From NCBI GenBank assembly GCA_002269645.1, contig NIVC01000403.1, forward strand, positions 1 through 64,000: 64,000 nucleotides of DNA, written 5' to 3'. Position numbers and translations under genes: made by a program. How positions within the stretch are numbered: the stretch's first letter is position 1; the number at the start of each line of letters is the position of its first letter. The notes beneath the pieces are model-generated. The model did not search any database. It was not told the DNA's origin and worked only from the letters and a program-made list of their open reading frames with translations. Source of the DNA: Macrostomum lignano. Lineage: Eukaryota. Positions 11,526-23,284 of this stretch are shown here, in pieces.

Positions 11526-11629
11526 CTGCAGGCAGAATTGACGTTTTGAGATTACTAATAATACAATGGTTGTTATAAATGGATAATGGCTTGGATTGGA
11601 TCAGCGGCTAATGAGATCATCTTCGAAAG

Positions 11630-12050
11630 GATCCATCCATAGGGGTCACTTGACCTCCCTAAAATAACCTCTAAAAGAATCCATAGGGGTCACTTGACCT
11701 CCCTAAAATAACCTCTAAAAGAATCCATAGGGGTCACTTGACCTCCCTAAAATAACCTCTAAAAGAATCCATAGGGGTCACTTGACCTCCCTAAAATAAC
11801 CTCTAAAAGAATCCATAGGGGTCACTTGACCTCCCTAAAATAACCTCTAAAAGAATCCATAGGGGTCACTTGACCTTTCTAAAAATAACTTTGAAAGGAT
11901 CCATAGAATTCATTTGACCTCCCTAGAAATATCTTCCAAAAAAATCCATAGGGGTCATTTGACCTCCCTAGAAATATCTTCGTAAAGATCCCTAAGAATT
12001 ATTTTACCAACATTTAAATAGATTCCTAGGGGTCACTTGTCCCCTCCCTA
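11630..12050. repeat. 44-bp minisatellite (CATAGGGGTCACTTGACCTCCCTAAAATAACCTCTAAAAGAATC)
   Basis: About 6 near-perfect and several degenerate copies. Confidence 0.93.
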
Positions 12051-12178
12051 AAAACGTTATCTCAATTTCTATTCATAGCACAACCATACAAGTAAGCTAT
12101 TGTCACATCACAGCCCAAGGATATTACATAATTTGTAATCATAACAATAATTCTGTTATACATAAATTCTGAACCAAC

Positions 12179-12283
12179 CTGAATCTGTTGCGAGCAAAGA
12201 TCGATAATTTCTAGCGCCGGCGGAATCACGTCGGGCCCGGATATTACAAAATTGTTCTCCTGATCGAACGGGCCGCCAACCAT
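12179..12283 (-). CDS. NBEA: Neurobeachin/LRBA exon 2
   Basis: TTCCAG|MVGGPFDQENNFVISGPDVIPPALEIIDLCSQQIQ|GTTGGT, resembling human 'LVGGQFDLEMNFII'. 105 nt. Confidence 0.92.
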
Positions 12284-12587
12284 CTGGAAATTGTCATTCA
12301 TTATAATAATCTAACATTATTTGAATCAAAAGTCTATTGAAAAACATTAACAAAATTAAAATAACTCTAGATTGAAACTCTAGATAGATATCACTAGATA
12401 TCAGTAGAGCTATAAGAAAGCAAAACATAGCAAAAGATGAACAACGGGTCTGCCTGCCTTTCAAAAGCAATGACAATTTTCGTGCTGAAAAATATGAGAC
12501 TATCCCTATATCCGCTGTTTCGAAGAAACCTGACTCCTAAAATTTTCCAAGAAACGAGGTTTCCCGGACTACTTGAGTAGTCCTTGC

Positions 12588-13068
12588 CTTCCGGCTGGCA
12601 ACCTTCTGGCTGGCAACCTTCGAGCTGGCAACCTTCTGGCTGGCAACCTTCTGGCTGGCAACTTTCTGGGCGGCAACCTTCCGGCTGGCAACCTTCCGGC
12701 TGGCAACCTTCCGGCTGGCAACCTTCCGGCTGGCAACCTTCCGGCTGGCAACCTTCCGGCTGGCAACCTTCCGGCTGGCAACCTTCCGGCTGGCAACCTT
12801 CCGGCTGGCAACCTTCCGGCTGGCAACCTTCCGGCTGGCAACCTTCCGGCTGGCAACCTTCCGGCTGGCAACCTTCCGGCTGGCAACCTTCCGGCTGGCA
12901 ACCTTCCGGCTGGCAACCTTCCGGCTGGCAACCTTCCGGCTGGCAACCTTCCGGCTGGCAACCTTCCGGCTGGCAACCTTCCGGCTGGCAACCTTCCGGC
13001 TGGCAACCTTCCGGCTGGCAACCTTCCGGCTGGCAATGTTCCGGCTGGCAACCTTCCAGCTGGCAAAG
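12588..13068. repeat. 15-bp minisatellite (CCGGCTGGCAACCTT)
   Basis: About 32 copies, highly homogeneous centre. Confidence 0.97.
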
Positions 13069-13166
13069 TTCGTAGACCCGACGCGTTAATCCGCTGGGCT
13101 AATCTGCCCCCCCCTACAACACACCAGCAAAGCGCCGTCAACACAATGCCGCTGCCCCGAGCTCAC

Positions 13167-13781
13167 CAAAAAGAACAGATTCTCCACAACAAACTGCCCA
13201 GTGACAGCCGGTTCAGCTTTAACCCGTTCCAACAGCGCGGCGAAGCCTTCGCTAATCCGAGTCTCGCTGTTAAACAGCAGCTGGCACCGGTTGGCCGAGG
13301 CGGCTTTTTTCTCCTTGCCTGGCGCGCCTGCGGCTCGGACCGGCGCCTGCAGCGGCGGCGGCATCGGCGCGGTCACCTCGTTGGTCGGCCGCTCCTCGGC
13401 GTCCGTAGCTTCGGTGTCCTCGACATCGCCAGCGGCACCTGCGATTGCCGCTGTTGTTGTTGTCGATTGTGGCGACGGGCTGATAGTGTCGGAACGCCCG
13501 TTGGTCATCGGCTCCTGCTGAGATGCTTCATCTTCATCATTTGCTTTTACTGTCGGTTCAGCTTCTTCTTCCACGTGCCTATTAGCGTCTTCTTCGGCGT
13601 TTTCGTCACCGTAGTCGTCGTTGTCGTCGTCAACCTGCTCTCCTTCGTCGGGATTCTCGCCGGTAGTCTCCGATTCCACGATTGCCTCCTGTTGTTGCTG
13701 GGCGGCCTCGTCAGCTGCTGCATCATCCTCGGTACCAGCTTTGATCTCCTGCTGGATCGAATTCTCAGCCTCGTCAGACAT
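13167..13781 (-). CDS. NBEA: Neurobeachin/LRBA homolog, coding exon 1 (acidic low-complexity N-terminus)
   Basis: ATG at 13781. Ends ...VVENLFFL|GTGAGC donor. The C-terminal part matches NBEA/LRBA 'IVETVFNL'. 615 nt, phase 0, joins in frame with exon 2. Confidence 0.85.
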
Positions 13782-14973
13782 TGTCTCGCCCTTGTCTGTC
13801 CCGAGATTCGGTGTTGGGATTTGAAAATAAAACCCTCTCGCTATGGATTAAGGACGATTAAGGGGGAGAGTTAGCGATTTGGTCTTGTTTGCCTTCAACT
13901 GTGTTGCTGCTTGACTGATTGTGTCATGAACAATTATGGATGTTCGAGTATTAGCTCGTATTTAGGAAATGGTCGGCATTTTCGACAACAAATAATCAAC
14001 TTGGCATATTTTAGCTTGCAAAGAACAACTAAACTGAAAGGAATTTGATTTGTATACCAATCCTTTTCACCTTAATATCTACAGTGTAATCAGCTATGTA
14101 CTTACTTAGCTTCTAATTCTAGCTGTATTGTGATATTTTCTTATAATATATAAAATTTCAAACATTAGCAAATAAAGTTTATTTAGAATTCTTCATTCCC
14201 CTTCAGGTTATTTACTAATTGTTAAGCAAGCCACTTGATATATATTACTAGAATTTAAAATCAGTTGAACTCTTGGTAGCATCGATAAATACTGACTTTA
14301 TATATAATATATATATCTAATATATAATATCTATAAATAGAAAATAGGCATAGTAAATACAAGTGTAATTATTATGCATTGCATGTTTCTACAATACAAT
14401 TATTATAAAAAACCTACACTATTTTTATTAGGTAAAAATCATATTTAAAGCATGAAAAACATTAAATGCATGAAAAACACAAACAATATTATCAATTGAT
14501 AAGCATTAATAATGTGGTATTGGTATAGCACAATTTACCTATTAGGTAAAGCAGAAAATTCTCCCAGTTTCCAAATTAAACCTATAGAAATTTCTAGAAG
14601 CTTCTACATGGTCTTATGTGAAAAGGTATATAGATACTATTGACTAATACAGAGCAACCTAAATTCAAGTTTCAGCTAATGTTACAATACCATTATATGT
14701 ACTTTAAGTACTTCATTTCATAGAAGGCTTCACAAATCCCAAGAACTTTCTGTTTTATCCAATAATTTTTTGGTATCTAGCATGCATCTACAAGTTTTCT
14801 TAAAGTATTATAATAGGGCTATTTTTTATCTATGCTTATATTATTATAATTAAAACTATTAAACAACTTATCAATTATAGTAAATATTGTTATAACTGGT
14901 ATATATTTTAAGGCACATTCATAGTCTTGTATTTATATATATATATACTAAAACACTTGTGCATTATGTATTG

Positions 14974-15758
14974 GGCTCATTCCATATAAGCATGGTCGTA
15001 ACATGACAGGTTATTTTTACTTATAAAATGAAATCTAATAATAGAATATACTAAACCAATATTTTAAATGAAAGATTATTTTGTCTAGAATATATTTATA
15101 GAGTTTCATATAGATATCATCATTAGTATATATGCTATTAAACCTTAAATGACACTTATGGTCGTAACGACAGGATTTTTGACATATAGAAACTAAAAGG
15201 TAAAAGTCTTATAACATTTTTCATTTTTGATATTTTGCAATACATTTTTAAAATTTGACTAAGAACATCTTTAGAAATCATACTCTTTTATTAGAATATA
15301 TAAACTCAAAAGGCAACAAAGATACAAAAGAAAAGGCAGCCTTATGGTCGTAACATTATGGTCGTAACATATTTTTTTCTGTCAATTCAGTAACTTTGAG
15401 GTACTAATACATTAAAAATATAATAGATTATTTGGTCACTAATGCTTTTATCTAATGATGCAAGTACTATACTTTTATCTATAGTTTGTTTCAACCTTCA
15501 AAAGCTTTCTATTTGTTTTTAAAAGGTACAAAATCTTAATGATGTCTTTTGCTTCGAAAAATGTCCAAATTTTTACAAAAATGACTTTTTGCCAATTGAT
15601 AACATACTAATCCAACATTTTACCATTCCTTTATTCTTAGATTGTATATATTGCACAATATAAACATTTGGTAAAAAATAGGCTAATTGGGCAATGGCAA
15701 GCAAAAATATTGACTTTTTTCTATTTTCCAAATATGTCCATCTTATATGGAATGAGCC
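14974..15758. mobile_element. Decayed non-autonomous DNA transposon (~785 bp)
   Basis: TIR GGCTCATTCCATATAAG(C)ATGG / CCATCTTATATGGAATGAGCC. ATT(G) on both flanks (3-4-bp TSD). Internal repeats ATGGTCGTAAC x4. Confidence 0.75.
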
Positions 15759-17276
15759 ATTGTATATTATTTATATATGTTGTCTATAAATATATAATAT
15801 TTATAAATTGAAATACTTTAATATAACTTAAAATTGAATATTCTTTAGTTTTCATGTTAAGAAATTTTATATACAAAAGTAGCTATTTATATTTTGCTTT
15901 AAATAGCAAAAAAGTTATATATGCTTATATTACTTATAGCCAATAGAATTAAACTTTGTCTTATTACTATATACATATACCACATGATTAACATAGCATA
16001 TATACAAGGGAATAGCATCAAATGTAAGCAATTCATTTGTTTAAATTTTCATCCACTTAAATGCAACTAGTCACTTTATCTACTAATAGCCAAACTAACA
16101 GCAATTTTGCTAATTAATTGCTAGAAATATTTTTAAAAATGCCCTCTTAATTTTTAGTACTAAAAGACCATTTTTAGTATATTAGAATACAAACCTTAGA
16201 GATTTAGTATATTTAGATATAAATAACAAAACCTGTTAAACTCTATACTATTATGCAATGATAATTTATATGTCAATTAAGTTTAATTACTATTTTCACA
16301 GCAAGATAGGCATAATAATAGATACATATAACAATCTAAAATTGTTACCAAAGATGTATAACTGGAATAAAACTAAACTATTAACAATAAAACAATAATA
16401 AAACTACCAAAATACCATACATTAAAGTTTGTAAACTTAGCTTAGGTCATTATTAGTTTTGTTAACAATTCCAAGAGATAAAAGTAGTATAGTATCAACT
16501 AGATTAGCCAAAATAAATGTTGGTGCTACTTATATATGCCCAATACCTATTTGACCCAACAAGAGTTTTGGCCAAGATAAGTTGCAAAAGATGGCATTTT
16601 TACAGAAAATTCTAGCACAAAAAGATATTGAAATTGTGCTACCCAGCATATTTAGGCACAATAACAAGCAGGAGAAAGGGGGAATCTAACACAATATGAC
16701 GCAAGACAAAACCTTTTAGCAAGACAATATTTTTGCAAACAGAAAATTAGCACTTTTTTGCTCATGTATTGATGGCTTTTTAAATTAAAATATATTAAAC
16801 TTGTATTTGTTAACTTGTAACTTGTATGCATATTAACTTATAAAATTGAAAATATTTTGTATTCTTGTTTTTTTATAAAAAAGTTTTAGCACATAGTCCA
16901 AGCAAACTTTTTTGATAGAATTTGTTCTAGTGTAGGGCCCAATCAAACTTTTTTTGATAAGATTTGTTCTTGCACAAGCATGCCATGATCCTGACTATGG
17001 ATTTCGATCTTTGATCTTAATTATTTTAAATTTTGGGATATAGTAGACCTGAAAATACCTTTTTTAATTGCATAATAAACCCTTATTACCAGATAATTTG
17101 GTTGCTTTTTATGCTTTTTAGAAATATTATTTACAGTGCAAAATTTACACATAAAAATATTTGTTTAAATGCTCTTTTACAAGCTTGAAAAAACATAAAG
17201 CTTGAAATTTGTGCTTAAAAATGAACTTTTTTCATCCTTTTTCTATTTCACAATAACTCTTATGCATGGTTCTATA

Positions 17277-17306
17277 ACGTGCATGCCAGGTGCGCATGTG
17301 TACTAG
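17277..17306 (+). mobile_element. Helitron-like 3' terminus (eroded hairpin + CTAG)
   Basis: ACGTGCATGCC-A-GGTGCGCATGT then GTACTAG. Becomes a perfect 11-bp stem if four TG/CA are restored to CG. Confidence 0.5.
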
Positions 17307-18540
17307 CTACTATTTTCTCAGGAGTGATGCATACCAATTGTGCATGCCTAATTTTGGCATGCAAGGCCAATGCATGCCCAAATTTTCGGGCATATACTAC
17401 ATGATCCAGAGTGTGGAATAAATGAACTTAATATTACAAGAAGCAGAAATTATTTTCTCTGCCAGAGATAAACATGTATTAGGATTCTATTATCTTGCTT
17501 TATTAAACAAATGTTTTGTTAAGTTCTAGACTATAGGCTTTGCTAAAGTGGACTTTTCAAAATGGTCTTTTGCTGAAATGGCCTTTACCAAAGTGGTCTT
17601 TTGCCAAAATGGTCAGCAGTGTCAGCATCTATCCTTATTCATTTATTTAAACTCAAAGATTCTTCTATTTAAAAAAGCTACAAGAAAAGGGACCTAACTA
17701 AAATTAAAGTTAAAATTTGGTAGTGTTACAATTTTTCCGAGTGTACATATCATGTGCAATATATTTGCTGGTGTAACTTTAATTTATAGCATAAGGGGGC
17801 ATTTTTTCTGGCATACTGTGTACAGATTAGAGAGTATGGCAATCAGGCAATATGACCCTACGGCCTAAGAATACAGTAACAATGCATAGTATTATGTAGT
17901 ATTATCTACTTATAGAAATATAAAATAGCCAAAGTATAGTTCAGATAAAATATTTCAAACACAAAGCAAAAAGAGCCTAAAACAAAATTTAAAAATTGAC
18001 ATTATATGTGATGAATGCAATGTCACTGACACTGAGAAGTGAGAATGTCTAATTAAACTGTATCTGAACGAATAGAAAGATAAAACATAAGAAAAGTTAA
18101 CTTTATTTTAATTACTAAAGTATCAAAATTGTATAGCTATTATTAAATAAGCATTAAAAACATGCAGAACATTAAGAGCAATAAAACCAAGGCGGCAGCA
18201 AAGCGTCGCGTATATGAGGTCGATTTCCAAGAAAAAATATTTCCTTCTCTCAAGTTAAATAATAATTTTTATATGTGATATAACAAAGGATAAATCAAGG
18301 TTTGATACCAAATATATTTTACGATAATTTATGAGCAACAAGAGCTTTTTAAACTTAATTAAACGTAATAAAAAGCATAAAAGTTATTTTCTTTACAAAT
18401 TCAGGCACTTTTAAAAGTGGTATTCGTCAACATAAATTTTAAATAAAGTTGTTAGGAAATCGATTGTTTAAGTCAAATTTTAACATTAGTCTATAAGCTG
18501 ATTTTCTCATCTGCTAGAACTCTTATCTTAAATTTTAGTT

Positions 18541-18697
18541 ATGGCAGAAGATCCATTGTCTGATTTTCTTAGCCGAGAGCAGGAACACATGAATGAGCTA
18601 GGGGATGACTTCGTCTCAGGACAAAATCAGGATCAAGAAGAACAAAATCATGAACAAAACAACGAGTTTGTTGAAGAGGATTGGAACGGCATTGGCG
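18541..18697 (+). CDS. Clc: Clathrin light chain, coding exon 1
   Basis: MAEDPLSDFLSREQEHMNELGDDF resembles the CLC N-terminal 'EDPAAAFLAQQESEIAGIEND'. Donor G|GTAGGT, phase 1 matches exon 2. An acceptor-like TTTTAG lies 2 nt before the ATG. Confidence 0.8.
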
Positions 18698-19062
18698 GTA
18701 GGTTATGTAGTTTTTTGCATTGTTGCTTGATTTTAATATAAATTCAAATAAGGTATTAATTATTGTTTTTTGAATTTTACATAGGCCTAAAAGGCTAATC
18801 ATAACAATGAGAATGGCAATGTCAATGAAGTCTAGATAGGCCTAGTGTATAATGTTTTATCTTAGTAACAAAGTGAATTTTATGTGCTTCATTTTGAAAC
18901 ATGGTTAATAGAAATAGTACCATGCCTTATAGCAACATTTCATTTTTGGTAACAAAGCTGTTTGTTTGCAAAAAAAAATCATTTAATACATAGGCCTGAT
19001 AATCAGGATTATTATTGGCCCTATGCCATAGTCCAGATGGGTGTGGGTCGTTTTGTCTGCTG

Positions 19063-20689
19063 CCATAGTTAGGAAGGCAGTCAATTTCACCAAATTTTCT
19101 GGTGCAAATTGGCCATTTCTCTGGTCAAAACAAACTTGGCGCATTAAATGCAAAAGGAAAAATGACAGCCTATAACTTTGTGCAGTTGGCGCCTATAAAA
19201 GTCAGGAAGATGGTGTTTTACTCGGAAAATTCCAGCATACACAGGGAACTTTTGGGCCAATTTTAGCGTACATGGTGTACCACGGTTTAGAGAAAGTACC
19301 CCATGGCGTGCAATGGCGTGCCACAACACACAATTGTATGCCGTGCCACTGTGGGCGTGGGGCCCTGCCTACCCACAATATTCTGAATCCTAATGCATAA
19401 AATTTATTTTAAAAAACTGTTTTTTTAAAACTGAAATTGAAAAAAAAAGAAAAAATGATTTTTCTGGTACTAATTTTCTTTCGTTAAAGTCATTGAACTT
19501 TCATCACAAATGTTGTGCAATCGTGCCCTTTCTCGCCCTCCTGCCCCGCCCCAACCCTCCAGTCTGCCCCACCCCTCCAATCAATAAACGCGTACGCCGA
19601 TCATGCCACCCTGCCCCACCTCCCCTGCTGTACCATACATTTGTTCTTAAGTTATATTCATGTATGCATAGGACCAATGAAAAATATATAGTTGCTGTCT
19701 GGAGGGCAGACTCCTCCCTTGCGTGCGTTGGTCCACCTCCATTGGCTATTGACTAAAACCACTCGTCGATCTACCATAAAAAGTGCATGGCGAACTGCAT
19801 CGGCTATGGTGTGTAAGTTCGTGTTTGCGAGTTACTGTCCTTTTTCTGCTTCTCCCTAGGGCGCGGGATAGGAGCTCTGACTGGGGACCTGGGGGTCGCA
19901 GCTTCCCGACAGGTTAAAGCTGTAGGCGTTGCTCCGGAGGACGGGGCTCACAACACAAATGAAAACTTTGTTAAAGTTTGACTTTTACATTATTTTAAAC
20001 TTCCATTATTATTTAATGGATTATTATCGAAACCCATTCACGTGCACTGCTAGGTTGACGGTCATTTTGTCTGCCGCCAGTTTGTCTGCTACCCTTTCGT
20101 CTGCATGAATACGATACAGTTGTTTCATCTGCCAACAAATAGTAAAGTTTTAATAAGTAAGGCGACAGACGAAAAGACCACGTGGCGCACCCACTGCTAC
20201 CCCTACCCCCCCCCCCTGGTCCATCGGCATACCACCACGTTCCAATCTTGGCGCACACGGCGTACCACTTTTTTTACCGACTTTTTATTCCGGCGTACCC
20301 GTGCCATCATCCTGACTATGGGTTGGCGCATGGGATAGATTCCTTTGATTATTTTTTTGTATTTTTGGATATTTTGTTGTTACAATTATAGTAACTTTAA
20401 CAACAATCGTTTATTTACCTAATTAATTTTATGGAACTTTTACAAAAATTGTTATTTTTTATGAACATTAAAGACTACTCAAAGTTCAAATTCAAATTTC
20501 CATTTATTGTTTGCTGTTTGCCATTTAATCTTATTGCTGAATCATCATTTTTATATTGTTATAAATAGCATTTTAACTATTTTAAGCATTGGCACATGGT
20601 GTAAGGAGAAATAATTGCTTTGGCACATGGCGCATTTGAAAAAAGGGGAAATTTATTCCAGCATACATGGCGCACTTTCCTAACTATGG
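19063..20689. mobile_element. TIR element with TGGCGCA-type subterminal repeats (CACTA/EnSpm-like, tentative)
   Basis: CCATAGTTAGGAAGG (19063) inverted to CTTTCCTAACTATGG (20675-20689). Many (T)TGGCGCA/ATGGCG motifs inside. TSD not identified. Confidence 0.5.
19511..19955. mobile_element. Solo LTR (445 bp), Gypsy-like
   Basis: Termini TGTTGTG...CACAACA. 4-bp TSD CAAA on both sides. GC-rich and CpG-retaining, with an internal AATAAA. Confidence 0.75.
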
Positions 20690-22659
20690 GTCTACTGGAG
20701 GTGCATTCTAGGGTAGACATTTTGTCTGCTATTGTGTCTAATGAAAACAATATTTATTTGGTATAAAGCACTAAAGTATATATTGGTATAAAATCAATAA
20801 AGAGCCGTATTTGCTACAAATAAGCATCTATTTTTTACCATTTAGTGCTACTTTTGTTAAGATAAATGACAAATGTAGACGGTCAGTAGTTGGAAGTTTT
20901 AAATATACATTTGAAAGAAATTTTGTACAAAGTCTGAAATCAATGTAGTTTCTAGTAGAAGCTATTATGCTTTTCTTATTATGCTTTTGGAGACCATGAT
21001 ATGCAAAGACCACTCTTGAATTGTTAAGTTCTTTTGGAACTCTTGGGTTCTTAGCTTTTCTCAAATTTATTAATTATGTTTAAGAGAGTCGAGCTCTACT
21101 GGCTCAAGCAGCCGTTAGCTGCCTACACAGCCATAGACAAAAATAAACTGAATTACGCTCAAAATACAAGTGAAGCTTGCAATAAGTTTGCTATGCTCAA
21201 CCCACAGCAGAAGCATTAGCAAATATAGATTAAAATAAGAGTATTTATATAGAAGATTAAATATAAGATTAAATATAAGATTAACATAAATAGAAGACAG
21301 AAAGGCTATAATAAAAATTCACATGAAATACATTAGGGAATTATAGTCAAAATATTAAAATTAATGTTTAAAATCACAGTTAAAATAAAAGCTAAATTTA
21401 TATAGCGCCATCTCTTCAAATTATGTTATGTAGCATATAAACTAACTATATTAAATTGGTTTTCTTTGTTTTGAATATTAGCAACTAAATTATGCACAGA
21501 TTAACTAACTAATCATATAATACATCATATGTCATATTAATAATGCTAGCAAACAAACTTATAGTCGACAAAATTATTGCATCCTATCCAGATCATGCTA
21601 GCTATATACTAGAAATAATTTGGCTTGCATTCTTCACTTTATCCCAAATTATGCCAAGCAACAAATGGCCCCAAGCCAAGGCATTATAGAAAAATAAATA
21701 GTTATAAAACCTTAGCATATTTAACATTAATTTAGATATCCTAGGGCTTTGTCTTTTATAAATATTCTGCCACTAGGCTACCAAAGTTGTGCTAGGGGTA
21801 TTCTACTTCTTTGCTAATTTCATTGCTTTCACCAAGTTGTCATAGACATATTTTGTAATATAATACTTTGATGCACTTTAAATATACTGTATAATATATA
21901 GGGACTTCAGTGAGACTTTGAAAGGCAAAAGCTTTGAATTCAGTTTTTTTTCATAACAAAAATAGATAGGCTATGTTATTATGAACATAAAAAGTGCTTA
22001 CTTTAATTGTTTGGTTCAGTAATAAAAAGTTATTAACATTTTATTTTTTAAAATTCATTTTTTAAATGGCCAAAATGTATTATGGAATGTAACTTTTTTA
22101 AAATAAAAGTTGAGGATTTTTTTATTTTAATGTGAAGAACTTTTTTATTTGAAAAGTTGACTATTGAGTTTAGTGTCATTTTATTTTTTTAAGCTCTATA
22201 TCAAATTTTATCAAGAGTGAGTCTTGGATTTCAAGACTTTTTATATTCAATTTGTCTTGCAATTTAGTATAGAAAAAGCTTCAAAATGCTTCCCCCTTTG
22301 GATTAAAAAATATCTGGATTTTTCATATTTTAAATGATAAAAGTTATATCTATATATATTTTGATATAACTGAAAACTCTATGTGTGACAGCAAATTCTT
22401 CCCAATTTTTTTGCTCTGTGTATATAGTTTTGTATATTGAACACATTTTTTTAATCCTTTTTTCTTCCTCTTTATCAGAAATTGTAAAAAAAATTATGCA
22501 TATAGAACTATAATATAATAAATAAATTTTATTAAAAACATTAAGCATCAAATTATTGTAGTATTTATCTATCTTTATTTTCTACAATGAAAACTTTTGA
22601 CTTTACATTATAATTGTACCTATTTTCCATGACCTCTTCTTTGTAAACTATATATACAT

Positions 22660-22815
22660 GTGCAACCTTGGGAATCACTTGGCTGTTTATATTGGCAACA
22701 TACACATGTAAGTCGCTATTGGCTGAGAGCAGTCATGTGACTACTATTCTGTCCAATAGCAACTTATGTATGTGTGTTGCCAATAGAAACAGCTGGGTGA
22801 ATCCCTAGGTTGCGC
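22660..22815. mobile_element. Palindromic (foldback) MITE remnant, ~70-bp arms
   Basis: Left arm GTGCAACCTTGGGAATCACTTGGCTGTTT..ATTGGCAACA..TAAGTCGCTATTGG is inverted at 22752-22815. Centre AGTCATGTGACT. Confidence 0.8.
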
Positions 22816-23284
22816 CCAAGCATGAAACTATACTAAATTAATGAACTTTCGAAGGTCAAGTTATATTTGATTTTATTGCATTTTTATTCTAGATTACAGA
22901 GTATTATACTTTTTTAATTCAATTTAGTTTTAGAAAATTTTATACTTAAAGTAGCAATGTTTTAGCATATTCAAAAAAGTTTCCTACATTTTACCAATGT
23001 CATGAAAGTCCCTATACTATGTATTGGTAATATCTTATATAAAGTATATTGTATATTATGTACTATTGGCCTAAGTAGTCTTATGGCACTATACTTATCC
23101 TATTTTATGTATTATGTCTACTCCTATTGATGATTTCTCTCAGTTAGGGTGGTGCTACTACTAGCAAAAACTATCACCTGTTCTAATAAATTGCTATTAA
23201 TTTTTACACATTAGCTAAAAAATAAGACTTGAAAGTTGTTCAAAATGAGTATCAATATTCCCCTTTCCACTGGTTGAATGCCAG

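Noticed and set aside
12566-12583. Short perfect hairpins GGACTACT-TG-AGTAGTCC (also 29412-29438 and 4049-4064)
   Set aside because: Stems of 8-10 bp are expected several times by chance in 64 kb, and no associated element termini were confirmed.
12569-13166. (PAGNL)n/(WQPSG)n/(PAGRL)n ORFs, including the 433-aa plus ORF
   Set aside because: A 15-bp satellite inside neurobeachin intron 1. The remainder of the 433-aa ORF is antisense to exon 1.
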